DNA from: Epithemia pelagica
Taxonomy: Eukaryota > Protista > Bacillariophyta
Length of the DNA: 64,000 nt
Reading direction: 5' to 3'
Assembly (NCBI GenBank): GCA_946965045.2
Contig: OX337236.1
Span: 2,728,001-2,792,000 of the forward strand
A program made the position numbers and the translations under genes. The notes beneath the pieces are model-generated. The model was not told the DNA's origin, made no database searches, and worked only from the letters and a program-made list of their open reading frames with translations. The stretch's first letter is position 1. Every line of letters begins with the position of its first letter. Positions 1 through 11,134 of this stretch are shown one piece after another.

Positions 1-2
1 GA

Positions 3-87
3 TACCCCCAAGTAGGGGTGAGTGGTCGGGTCGCATGTGTGTCGTGCTTTTGGTGTGCAAACTGTTACTCACCCCCGCTAGGGGGTA
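3..87. mobile_element. 85-bp miniature TIR element (MITE) of the TACCCCC/GGGGGTA MULE-like family
   Basis: Starts TACCCCCAAGTAGGGGTGAGT and ends ACTCACCCCCGCTAGGGGGTA. It is collinear with the reverse complement of the terminal arm ending at 37726. The right flank GCCAAAAAGA ends in GA, matching the only two visible left-flank bases, which is consistent with a 10-bp TSD. Confidence 0.75.
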
Positions 88-125
88 GCCAAAAAGAGTT
101 TGAGGACACCACCACCGTGACCATC

Positions 126-1628
126 ATGTCATTCCACTCATCAAGGAGCAGTACTATGGCCATTGTCCGGTCGTTTCTCGTGGTGCCAGCCAGGAAACAG
201 ACCAAGATTCTGTTGTATAGTGGTCTATTGGCATTGTTTGTGTCGTACCAGGTTCTTTTATTTGATAGAACACAACGACTTCATCAAGACATTTTGATAT
301 CCGCCGAGTTCGAATCCACTACTCCATCGAAAGCCGTTCACTTCTCCTCTTCGGACAGAGAAAGAACTAGTCCTGCTGAACTGTTGGCCAACAGCCAATC
401 CATTCGAGATCGAATTCGACCCTTATTTTCTTCCCACACTTGGCGGCAGCAGCACTCGGTGGATAGCTCATCCGATTTTGTTGTGGTTCCAGTGTTTGAA
501 CACAACTCGACAGACAGTCCATACTTTGAGGTACCCTTTGTCACGGACAACCGTCATTTACCAACGGAGAATGACAACGACAAGATTTATACCATCACAG
601 CCTTTACCCAAGTCAGTGTTAACAAATTGCCCAGAGTCAAGAACATTGTCCGACGATGGAGGGCACCGGTCAGCTGTGCCGTCTACCTGTCGACTGAGCA
701 GGATATGGAAACCCTTATCGACTTTTTGGAGCAGCAGCAACAACATCTAGAGGACGGTATGTGGTGGACAAACTTTGTAGCATTTCACGTCATGGTGGAG
801 CCTCTTGTTGTTGTTCCGAATCCTGACCATACGACAAACAACGAGAACACAAGTAAACCGTACCCTGTTAACATTCTTCGATCCTTGGCCCTCAAACACG
901 TACAGACGGATTATGTATTCCTGCTGGATGTTGACTTTGTTCCAAGCGTGGGTGCACATGATCGAATCGCACGTATAATGGAATCCATGGAACACAAAGA
1001 GAAGCAGCAGCAGCAGGCCCAAAGCAACAACACAAACAACAAGGACGTGAATCAACATGCAAAAACCATGTATATTTTGCCAGCTTTTGAACAGTTTCCG
1101 GAAAATGGCACCGATGTCGTAAATAATGTATCAAGTGTACCCTCGACAAAGAAGGAGCTTTTTCGTGCCGTAAACCAAAAACGAGTGGAAAGATTCCACA
1201 AAAATAGGGGATGCCACCATTTCATCAACTACACGAAATGGTTTTCTCTGACCAACACATCAACGGAAAATCAAGAAAGACAGTCGTATCATCATCATCT
1301 CTATTGGGTGAAGTACCGAAATATACACTTCGAACCTTATGTGGTTGCACGAAAAGACTGCTTGCCACTCTTTTTCCCTGAATATCGTGGATTTGGGTTC
1401 AACAAGGCATCTTGGTTCGTGGAATGTGTGTTGCGGGACTTCAAGTTCCGAGTACTTCCCGATGACTTTGTGGTTCACATGAATCATCCCTATGGCAGAG
1501 GACGTTTCGCCGGTAAGCTGGGTTTCTACAACCAAAAATTTTTGCAGTATCTCAAGAAGGTGTATGGGCCTGAAAAGTTTGAACTCTTCATTTCGCCTGT
1601 CAACCGCGGGTGGATTATCTTGCAATAG
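126..1628 (+). CDS. GT49-family glycosyltransferase (LARGE/B4GAT1-like), type II membrane
   Basis: First ATG at 126, then an N-terminal TM segment, DYVFLLDVDF (DxD), FEPYVV, GFGFNKASW and VLPDDFVVHMNH motifs. No intron is needed. Confidence 0.8.
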   Translation: MSFHSSRSSTMAIVRSFLVVPARKQTKILLYSGLLALFVSYQVLLFDRTQRLHQDILISAEFESTTPSKAVHFSSSDRERTSPAELLANSQSIRDRIRPLFSSHTWRQQHSVDSSSDFVVVPVFEHNSTDSPYFEVPFVTDNRHLPTENDNDKIYTITAFTQVSVNKLPRVKNIVRRWRAPVSCAVYLSTEQDMETLIDFLEQQQQHLEDGMWWTNFVAFHVMVEPLVVVPNPDHTTNNENTSKPYPVNILRSLALKHVQTDYVFLLDVDFVPSVGAHDRIARIMESMEHKEKQQQQAQSNNTNNKDVNQHAKTMYILPAFEQFPENGTDVVNNVSSVPSTKKELFRAVNQKRVERFHKNRGCHHFINYTKWFSLTNTSTENQERQSYHHHLYWVKYRNIHFEPYVVARKDCLPLFFPEYRGFGFNKASWFVECVLRDFKFRVLPDDFVVHMNHPYGRGRFAGKLGFYNQKFLQYLKKVYGPEKFELFISPVNRGWIILQ

Positions 1629-1692
1629 TGTAAACATGTAAAGGGTAAATACCCACAAAGATATACCGCATCATATCCTCGCCGCAAAACCA

Positions 1693-1752
1693 CAACAACA
1701 ACAACAACAACAAAAAGAGCCACCACAACAACAACTCCTACACCAACAACCA
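1693..1752. repeat. imperfect (CAA)n microsatellite
   Basis: Runs of caacaacaa between two convergent genes. Confidence 0.7.
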
Positions 1753-2073
1753 CTGCTACAACAAGTGTCTCTTTTGCGACAACACCACACGGCCTCTAGG
1801 GTTCTTCCGTTTGGAGGTTGGTTTGCCTCGCTAGCTAGGTACTTTTGAAACAGAAAAGTTCTTGCCAGTTCAGTAGTGTGTACATCTCTATACTCGAGTA
1901 TTGTAGTATCTACACCAGCACACACGGTAGCAATGCTCTATCCTTGTTGGTCCTGCCAAGGCACCGCCAACCCTGGTTTCAAACTAGACATGGACATGAA
2001 AACGTCGACTTGCTGCCCCGCTCGTGCCGTCGTAGGATTCGTTGCGTTGTTACGGGGCTTGGTCTTGTTGGTC

Positions 2074-3147
2074 TTATTCTTGTTGTGGTTGTTGGTTTTG
2101 TTGTTGTTTTTGGAGAATATAGTCCAAGGCCGCCGTGACGGCCGCCACTTGAGCTTGATTGCAAAGTTCCGGAGTCACGGCGGCCGTGGTCGAATCGGGA
2201 TACACTTCCGTCGTGGCGACGTAGGGGGCATTCGTGACACCGCCACACAAACCCAACGAGGCCTTGGGCAACAAACAAATGCCCGGTGCCACAGCGGTCA
2301 AGCCCAGCACCAAGGTTCCATCGGCCATGGTCGGGGCAATGTGTGTGACGGTACGGACGCCATCTCGAATGGCACTCAAAAACTCCATGGTATCCGGGGC
2401 ATTCTTCTTCTTCTTGTTGGTAGTGTCATCCTGATTGCCCACAACGTAAAAGCCATCGGGAATGGCATCGCCCGGATACGACTCGGCACCGGCCTTGGCA
2501 AATTTGGCCGGTCGAAATTCTGTCGCATCGGTATCGGTCGTTTCGTGCAAATCCAAATGACAGGTCCAGAAAATCTTCTTGTTATTATTTGTGGACGCTG
2601 GAAGGTGGTGCACCAAGTAGTCCATCAAGGCCTTGGATTCCGGAGTTTGTTGTGTGGCATCGTGCGGCAGAAAACTCCGATTGGGATCCAGCAAGTCGGC
2701 TTGCCAGCGTTGTTCGTGTTCGTACGACCAGGGACTCACACAGGGGACCACGACCCAATTGACGTGGGCGTCATAGTCCAACACTTTGGTGGAAAGAAAC
2801 AAGAGGGCCCCCTGCACGCCCGACGTTTCGTATCCATGGACCCCTCCGGTAATCAAGACATTGGGTAAGGTGGGATTCCAATCCTTTTGGGATCGGACCG
2901 CCATGAGTGGATAGGGAGGATTGTGGGATGACAAGGATCCATAGTCTTCCACCAGGACCGAATCGGCATGAGCTTGCGCAAAATTTTGCAAGGACGTGAC
3001 GACTTGGTCCTGATAGGATCGTGTGCGTTGGGGAACCGTCCTTTTCCATTCGTCGTCTTCTTGTTTTGTCCATGGTTGACCAGGTTGACCAATGGGATAA
3101 TATCGGTTCGGTCGAGTCGTCAGTTCGGACGAAGGAGGTGTCGCCAT
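2074..3147 (-). CDS. M14-family zinc carboxypeptidase (succinylglutamate desuccinylase/aspartoacylase superfamily, REP34-like)
   Basis: ATG at 3147 (MATPP). Motifs ITGGVHGYETSG (HxxE), DPNRSF, LDLHET and TTEVYPD. Intronless. Confidence 0.85.
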   Translation of the reverse strand: MATPPSSELTTRPNRYYPIGQPGQPWTKQEDDEWKRTVPQRTRSYQDQVVTSLQNFAQAHADSVLVEDYGSLSSHNPPYPLMAVRSQKDWNPTLPNVLITGGVHGYETSGVQGALLFLSTKVLDYDAHVNWVVVPCVSPWSYEHEQRWQADLLDPNRSFLPHDATQQTPESKALMDYLVHHLPASTNNNKKIFWTCHLDLHETTDTDATEFRPAKFAKAGAESYPGDAIPDGFYVVGNQDDTTNKKKKNAPDTMEFLSAIRDGVRTVTHIAPTMADGTLVLGLTAVAPGICLLPKASLGLCGGVTNAPYVATTEVYPDSTTAAVTPELCNQAQVAAVTAALDYILQKQQQNQQPQQE

Positions 3148-3707
3148 GTTGTGGTTGTGGTTGTTGTGGTTGTTGAGGAGAAGGATGCTGGTAGTTGGTG
3201 CACGGTCTGGGTCGAATCCACGGGGACGTGACTTCCCAGACGACTGTATACCACAAAGAAAGGCAGGAACACGACGCGAAGAAGAACCACCACACAACGT
3301 TCTCGGTCGGTCCGAGGTACCCGCAACAGCAACAATTCCGACCACCAAATTCAGAACAAGAAAACGAAGAAAAAGAATCCCCAAACGACTAGGACGTGAA
3401 CCACAACAACCACAAGGGAGACGAGAGAAGAGCATGCACGGAATCACCCTTCCCATGGCGAGAATGGCGAGATCTGGATCTTTTTTCCTTCTTCTGGGGG
3501 TGAAACAAAAGTCGCATCTCCTTTTAGGGGTCGATACAGAAAACGGGGGTGGGTTTACTACCCCCAGAACCAGAATTGTGATTGATTCGGCCACATGGGA
3601 CATGGGACCCAATACACATATACAATATACACACTACGGATACACACATATCGGTCCGCACCAATCAGCAGCAGCAAACACACTCTCTGCAGCCAACGTT
3701 AGGAACC

Positions 3708-4910
3708 ATGAGCCTGACACTGCAAGAACAAGCATGGCAGTCGGGCCTTGTCCTTTTGGACGAAGATTCAGAATGGAATACTAACGATTGGCCTCCTCTC
3801 CAGGGTGGATGGCGTGACGAACCTGCTACGGTCGTACTAAATCATCCCGACAGGGACAAGGAGAACAACAACAACATCAACAAGAGACAAACGGTTGTCG
3901 TGTTGGGAGGATATCAAACATCTCAAGGCGAGCTCGATTCCGTTCTTGTATTGAATCTGGCAGACCCAGACAAGCAGTGGCGAGAAGGGCCACCCATGAA
4001 CCAGAAACGCGTTGGACATGCCGCTGTTCTGTGCAACGGAAGCATCTACGTTATGGGAGGATACACTGGCTATTCAAGGTTGGATTGCATGGAACGCATT
4101 GATGCCAATGATATGGTACAATCATCCTTAACAGCAAGCACCACATATGAGAGTCATTGGACGAATCTGACATGTCGATTATCAACGCGACGATCAGGAT
4201 GTTGTGCTGTTGCGGTTCACAATCGATACATCGTTGTAATGGGTGGCTACAATGATCGTTATTTGTCGTCGGTGGATATTATTGATACCAGTAACCACAC
4301 TGTCACTGCGGGACCAAGCATGACTGCTCCACGAGCATGGTGTGCCAGTGTGGTCATTGGACACCGCATCTTTGTCGTTGGAGGTCGTAACAAGCATGAC
4401 AATCTTGACTCGGTGGAGTACATTGACTTTGCAATGCCTTGTGATAATGAGAAGACACAGGAGGAAACGGCTACTACAGTCATTTCCTTCTCGTCCAGTT
4501 GGACCACTCATTCTGATTTGGTGCTTTCCAATGCACGAAGTTCTTGTGCTACGGTCGCCGTGGGATCTTGTCTGGTAGTGACGGGAAAAAGCAGTGGAAG
4601 CGTGGAGGTCTTGGATACGCGCCGCAACCGCGTGTGGAATCTCCCACCACTCACTGACTACTGGAATGGCTGCAGTATGGTGACTGTTGCCAATCAAATT
4701 GCTGTGATTGGTGGATGGCGCAATTTTTCCTGTGCAACAGTGCCACTCATGGACCAGAATTCGTGGTGTTTTCGTCGACTCTGTGAGTCGCAGCCCAACG
4801 GATGGTATCACCAATGGAAAGGAATGGGTGCCCGAGATACCAATGCGGCAACCGATATGTACCGTGCTAAATGGAAGGATGACACTTGGTTTTGTTGTTT
4901 GTTGTTGTAA
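3708..4910 (+). CDS. Kelch-repeat beta-propeller protein (paralogue 1)
   Basis: ATG at 3708. Repeated GG-Y/W Kelch units (VVLGGY, IYVMGGY, IVVMGGY, IFVVGG, IAVIGGW). Confidence 0.9.
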   Translation: MSLTLQEQAWQSGLVLLDEDSEWNTNDWPPLQGGWRDEPATVVLNHPDRDKENNNNINKRQTVVVLGGYQTSQGELDSVLVLNLADPDKQWREGPPMNQKRVGHAAVLCNGSIYVMGGYTGYSRLDCMERIDANDMVQSSLTASTTYESHWTNLTCRLSTRRSGCCAVAVHNRYIVVMGGYNDRYLSSVDIIDTSNHTVTAGPSMTAPRAWCASVVIGHRIFVVGGRNKHDNLDSVEYIDFAMPCDNEKTQEETATTVISFSSSWTTHSDLVLSNARSSCATVAVGSCLVVTGKSSGSVEVLDTRRNRVWNLPPLTDYWNGCSMVTVANQIAVIGGWRNFSCATVPLMDQNSWCFRRLCESQPNGWYHQWKGMGARDTNAATDMYRAKWKDDTWFCCLLL

Positions 4911-5257
4911 TGGAATTGAACTTTTTCCAATTCCATGACGATAGACATAGACCCGTGTATAGGTAATAGGTATCCTAATGTGTGGTTTCGTTGCCATGTT
5001 CCTGAACTACTGGTAGGTACTCGGAGTACTACTTCCTCACACTTTTTGGTATCGTAGTAGTTGGTTGCGTTTAGTTCCTTACGAGTAGTAGCCGAGTGTT
5101 TGGGAATGGTGGAACCTGTGCCGTGTATACTGCAAACACTCGCCCATTTGCCAATGCGTGTACCTACCGTAGCAGTACCACCAAAAAGAGAAGGATGCTC
5201 TTCCTCTTCACATTCCACAGTGCTCCTCCTTGTCCCTTACATTCTAGTGTTGTTCCT

Positions 5258-7904
5258 TCAATCTTGATGCGGTCGTGGTTGCAGTACCGGGCGGGCATGA
5301 CGGCGATGATGGCGTCGTTCGCCAGCGGGGGCCGCTTGCTGCTGCATGCGTCGTTGTCGTCGTTCTCGTTGTTTGTACAAGGCCGATGCCACATAGGCCA
5401 TTAGTGCCGCTGCGTACAGATACCAAACCAACAAGAGATCGGCCGCACACTTGGCCGGAGCATCGCCCAGATTGACTGCCTCGTCCGGCTGCTCCACAGC
5501 AGTGTCTGTGGTGGTGGTGGTGACAAAAAAGTTGGCCGTGGCATGGGGCAAATATTCAAAACATCCTGCTGCCTCGTCCTTGTTGTTGTTGCTGGGTGGA
5601 AGACACAAAATGGAGGGCAGCCAACTGCCGACCCATTGTCCCGAATTTAAGGCCAGACCATCCCAAAAGAGATAGTACTTTTCCGCTGGCTGTAGCAAGA
5701 GTCGTTGAAGCCACACCAATGTCCACGAGGAGTCTGCGGCAAGTCCCCCCTCCTCCGTGTCGGAAACGACCACGCGTCGTCCCAAACTTCCATGACAGGC
5801 TTGGGCATGTCCAAAAAAGCCCTGTACCAGTCCCCATGAAACGGTGCTCAACCACACCGTCCCAATGACCACCGCCAATTCCAACAAACGGCCGCGCAAA
5901 TCCACACCAAAACTCTTTTTCAGAGTCGTTGCCATACCACCGGCCAAAATCCCAATGACAATAAAGGAAAAAGGCAACAAGAAGAGGCCCAAATCGTACA
6001 TGAGCGGATCGCGCAAAATACCAGGAAAGCTCACCAAGCACAGAGCACCATAGACCACGGTGGACCACCACAAACGGACGGGCTTGTAACACACGTGCTT
6101 GTGAATAATGTGCCAGGCGACATTTTGACAATGACGACTGCAATAATAACTCCGCAAACAACGGACACACTTCCATCGGGCTCGACGACGACACAAACTA
6201 CAAGCCCATCGGCGACGAGCCACACCGCGTTTCTTCAACAAGCGGCGGGCGCGGCAATAGAGGGCCACAACGGGAGACATGAGTACAGGCGCCAAGGGAC
6301 GCAACCAACGACGTCGTACCACGGCGGTTCCAATTTGCCACATAATGTGTGGATTCCGTAAGGCCTGCAATACGTGAGGAGGCATGGCGTCCAGCCAATC
6401 CTCCGCTTGGGGTTCCCGTTCCAAGGCATGGACCGGTCGAGAGGTGGGAGGAGGGAGGGCGTAGCGGGCTCCACAGGTTTCGCAATTCAATCCATTTTGG
6501 GCCGCCGGGTGTCGAGACCGGCATCTCCATTGTTCCACACATAGGTAGTGCACAAAGGCCATAGATCCGGAACATTCACAAGGTGCCAGCATGGGATTGT
6601 CCATCATATGCTGGTTGGGTGCGTAGATTGGATGAGGAAGGACTGGTCCAGTTTGTGCCGTCTTTGATACTGCGGCATCCTTGTCAGTATTTTCGCCCTC
6701 CACTTGATTATTGGCCAGTACTCCATTTTCCGTTTCATCCTCCTCTTCTTCTTCATCATCGTCCTCCATGTTACCCGAGGATTGTCGTGAACTGACCCGA
6801 AATACCGGGGTGGGCCGTGCCCTTCCTCCCCCCTCGTCCGCTTCATTGTCGGCTGCTGCCGAGGGTTGTTCGTCATCGGCATCGTCGTGCAAGCCTTCTC
6901 GGCAAATTCGACAAAAGACGGGTTCCATGGTCGGTGACACCCAATTGGCCCATTTGCCGGCGGTCGACGACGGAGTGGCCAAGGCACAGACGGGCGGAGA
7001 CAATCCATCATCGTACATGGGCAACAGTTTCATTTCGTCCGACGATATAAAGGTCAAACCAGTGCGGAGACAGGCCAAGGACGGACGTCGTGGATCCAAT
7101 GAAGCATCGGCTGCCGAGGGCGTAACTAAGCCTTCGTCTCCACCGTCCTCATCATCGTCGTCGTCCTCATCATCTTCGTCATCGTCTTCTTCATCATCTG
7201 GAATCCTTTCGAGTTCATGTACTTCGCATTCCTTCATTTCTTCTTCTTCGTCCTGTTTGTCCTCATCATTATTGGGATTTGGTACTCTTACAGTTTCAAA
7301 CAAATTCGCTTCCAAACCCTCCGTCGTTGCTGTCGCATCCTTTTCATTTGCCGGAGAAGTCTCCTTCGCCTCCGTCGTTTCTATTTTCAAAAGAAAGTTC
7401 CACACCAGAGGAGAATAAATCGTATAAAAATAGAAAAAGTCAGAACAGTGGGTTCCTTCCCGAAACAAACAAGAACACTCGTCTCAATTCAAACACAAGA
7501 ACACACACACACACACACAAGAGCGACGTACCATCTCCCTCGTACGTTTTGGCTTCTTCCAGCGACGGTTCGGGCCCAGTCTCCTCCGACAGTGAGGAGG
7601 ACGCAACCGTGCCTTTTTTCTTGGTGCTGCCTTCGCGTTTGTTGGTGGTGGTCGTCGTCCGCACGGGCAGAGGTTGGACGGCCACGTATCCGGCAAAGCC
7701 GCCCTTGTGACCGGGCCATTGCAAGCGCAACCAATACCAGCCATGGGCCAAACAAATGTCATCCACCAACACGACTTCGGTATGTCGAATCCGACGAAGA
7801 GGAGAGGGTTGCAACGGATGAGCATGCGGTTTGGAATGAACCGTCATGGAATGTTTCCAGGGTTCCGACTGCCCCGCGCCCGATTGACACAAATACAAGG
7901 GCAT
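5258..7904 (-). CDS. Membrane-bound RING-CH (RINGv) E3 ligase with MYND finger; join(7532..7904,5258..7380)
   Basis: GT-AG intron at 7381-7531 (GTACGT...AAATAG) joins the exons in frame (2496 nt). RINGv motifs CRIC and PCECSGS..VHYLCVEQW..CETC; MYND motif CSLC..CVRC..YYCSRHCQ..W..HKHVC; several C-terminal TM segments. Confidence 0.85.
7500..7519. repeat. (AC)n microsatellite inside an intron
   Basis: acacacacac run within the 7381-7531 intron. Confidence 0.8.
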
Positions 7905-9214
7905 GGTTCAACACAACGAGTCTTTTCAAAAAGTCTGTGCGGCCACCGCGCGCGAGAGAGAGAGAACGAGACGTTTGGCCCTTGTGTGCGTGAATCGAGT
8001 GTCACACAGATATGGTGCTTCCAACAAACAAAACTTGGTTGTCAAACGTCGGGAAGAAAAACTACCAAAGAAAAATACGTGCCACACAGACACAAGGAAG
8101 AATAATAGGACCGTGATACAAACGGCTTAGGGGACAGGTCACCAATCAATCAATCAAAAAGACAATCGTGAGACCGCACAACAGGTAGGTTCTCGCGGTC
8201 TTGTGGGTGTACCAAACCAGGATCAGAATGGCGTGTCACACACAAGTGTTCCAAACAGGAAGCCACGGGAGCACCGCTCAAGCTGCACGACACAATGCTG
8301 TTACACCTGCTGCGGTTTTGGAATGGGGCTGCTCACAACCCAAGAAAAGAGCTGCTTGGTTCAAACCTCCTCTCCTCTTACCACAATCCGGAAACACGAT
8401 GCTGTGGTGTGCCAAAGAGAGGGTGGTCTTCTTTGTTCTGTCTTGCGTCGAACAGCAGCGGGGTTCGTTCTATCGTCACCGTCACTTTTGTCAAAATATA
8501 GCAAGACCACACAATGAGAATAATGGAGAGGGTGTGGGGTTGGTGTGCTCTCTATCTGCGCGCGTGGAGCTGCTCCCAAAAGGAGTTTCTAAGCGATCCC
8601 TCTACATATATATTTTGAGATATAGCCACATTTTTTACATCATAGACGCTTGGAAGTCAAAATGTGCGCCGTGCGAGGTATGCTTGTGACGCGCCAGCCT
8701 TCCCCAATGTCCAACCCCAGAACCATCTTCCTCTTCGGGGGTCCGAAGGGGGAGCCCCCTGGAAATCGAGCGCGCAAAACCAAGAGCCCCCGACATGTGC
8801 TCTGTTGAGATAACGTTACAACACATGTCTGTTTGTAAGTATACGAGTCGGGATCCACGCTTCCACGCCGGCCGATAGTTCGAAAGTAGATCGACACACG
8901 CAGTCTGCATCTACACGACCCTTTTATTTCTCTCATCATTGTCTTCTTCTCTTCTTGGGGTGTGTTGCGATTGCGATCCATCTATCATCGACTTCCAAAC
9001 TCCGAACAAGAAACACGTTGTTTCTGTTACTTACAGGCGCAAGTTAGTGCGGCGTAATCGAAGCAGTATCGAGGGAGGAACCAACACCGACGTTAGAGTA
9101 GTTCGTGGAGCAGAGACGACGACCGTTCACAATCAAGGAGCACTGTCTGTCGTGACAACCCAAACCTCGACGACGAGAAACCAGACAGACTTGGATAAAA
9201 CACCTCCAACATAC

Positions 9215-11134
9215 ATGGAACCATTCAGGGGTAGTAGGATTGCCTGTCGGCGGCGGCCGCGAAGAAGAAGGTGGAACCACCGAATACCGGCTCACACGAA
9301 CAACCATACGCTTTGGGTATTATTGCTTTGCACCTTGTTTTGGGGCCCCTTGGTACCATCACAACAAGAAACACCCTCTTGGTTTGCCTTGGCAGCCAAC
9401 AACAACAATGACGACAATCAGCAACAACAACAACAAGGTTCTTCTTCTTCCTACAATTTTGCCATGGCCGAGGAGCAGCAACAACAACAAGAAGAAGACG
9501 ATGTCTACCTGCAAGAATTGCATCAATATGGAAATGTCAACGATGATACCTTTTATTGGAATTCCAATAACAATGTGGGATTTGACGGTGTCAGTGTCAT
9601 GCCCTTATCTTGTATCAATTAGTAAGTTTACGATGGCAGGGATTCGGACGCTTTGTTTAGAACGTTCCAGTCGGTGGGTGTTCTCACAAGGTTGGGTGAA
9701 TCACCTATTTCTTGTCATACCTCGTGTCTTTTTGTATACGAACCAACAGCAATGGAGGCCACATGATCAAATTTCAATTGTTTGACACGGTCAAGAGTTA
9801 CCAATGTCGAACGACAGAGATATCAACCTTTGTCGTGTCCATTGCCCATTACATGCGGGCTTATTTCAATGTCCAAGCCTTGTCACGGGGACAGGACTTT
9901 GAACTTCCCGCCGATTCCTCCTACTTGAATTGTCAAAAGGTCAAATTTGGGGAAGGCCTGTACCTGTATGGCAAGATTGGGTGTATGGAACGGGCTACCT
10001 TTACCTCGACCAAACTCCAATTGCAGTTGTATACCGATCCACAATGTTCCCAAATGTACGACGATGGCCGGTCGGCACGAGAACATGCCATGAAAGGATA
10101 CCTCGTGGTCGGGGAAGAACAACAAGAAGAAATTTCGACCAGTGTCTCCTTCCAGGTTCCCTTTTACGAATGTTCGGCCTGTACCTTGGAGAATGGTGTG
10201 TCCGATACCTTTTCCAAACTCGACAAGAATTGGTACGATGACCTGTATGTGAATACGTATGGGTACTCGCAGTATCAAGACGATGATCAAGCCGACGATG
10301 ATGATAACAACAACAATAATGACAACAACAACAACGACCGTGATTGGAATCAATGGGACGATCAATACATGAACGACGATTGGAATTACAACGGAAATGT
10401 CAACTACAATGGCAATGCCAACTACTACTACAATAACAACAATGGGAACAATCGAGGGTTGCGCGTAGTACTACCCGAGGACGCCGAGGTACGTCCCGTT
10501 CTTGGATCGATCGCACTGTTTTCTGTGTTGGAGTCGCTCACTGGTTTGTTCGTTTCGTGGACATGTGTTCTGTGGGTCTGTTGAAATGTCGCCTACACAG
10601 CACTTTGAAACCGAGTTTTGGAAGGAAGTGGAGACACTCCGAAAACTGGAGGATTCTATGAATGTGGAAGAATGGAACATGTGCCAACAAATTTACAAGT
10701 ACGGTCTTTGGTGCGACGCCGATTGTCGTGCCTTGGACTACTTTCGGACCGACAAATGGTCCGTGGCGGACATTGTGTTACTTTCCGTCATGTGTATTTT
10801 GTTGACAGGAATGATGTTTTTCAATGTCACCAAACGATACAAACAGCAACAATACGCTCGCAAATTTGGTGACCCGGAAAGTGTGACACTCTCCTTGCCC
10901 GGTCTTCCGCCCTTTCCCATGGCGGTGATTTTCCTCTCTGCCTTGACCACCATGATCACCATGGCCAAGTTGAAGTTTGTCAATGAGACGCTCGTCTTTT
11001 CCGTGGTGGCCTGTCTGCTCCTGTTGATTTACACATTGAAACTGACCGTCTTTGAAACCCGTGACCCCGTCAAATTGGCGGCCCCCCGACACGATATGAT
11101 GGACCATCGATTGGATGATCACTTGTTTGAATAG
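9215..11134 (+). CDS. N/Q/D-rich, Cys-containing membrane protein, silicanin-like (paralogue 1); join(9215..9621,9750..10488,10601..11134)
   Basis: Two GT-AG introns give a 1680-nt open frame. Hydrophobic leader, poly-N/Q tract, conserved Cys domain, RGL motif and three C-terminal TM segments. The gene structure is well supported; the family label and start codon are tentative. Confidence 0.7.

Noticed and set aside
3546-3565. GGGGGTGGGTTTACTACCCCC as another member of the TIR family
   Set aside because: Too short, no TSD found, and orientation lacks the TACCCCC ends. It may be a relic but cannot be supported.
1876-7418. Long antisense or overlapping ORFs (1876-2868, 4194-4997, 5556-6194, 6711-7418 and similar)
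   Set aside because: They are shadows of well-supported genes on the other strand or frame and have no motifs.
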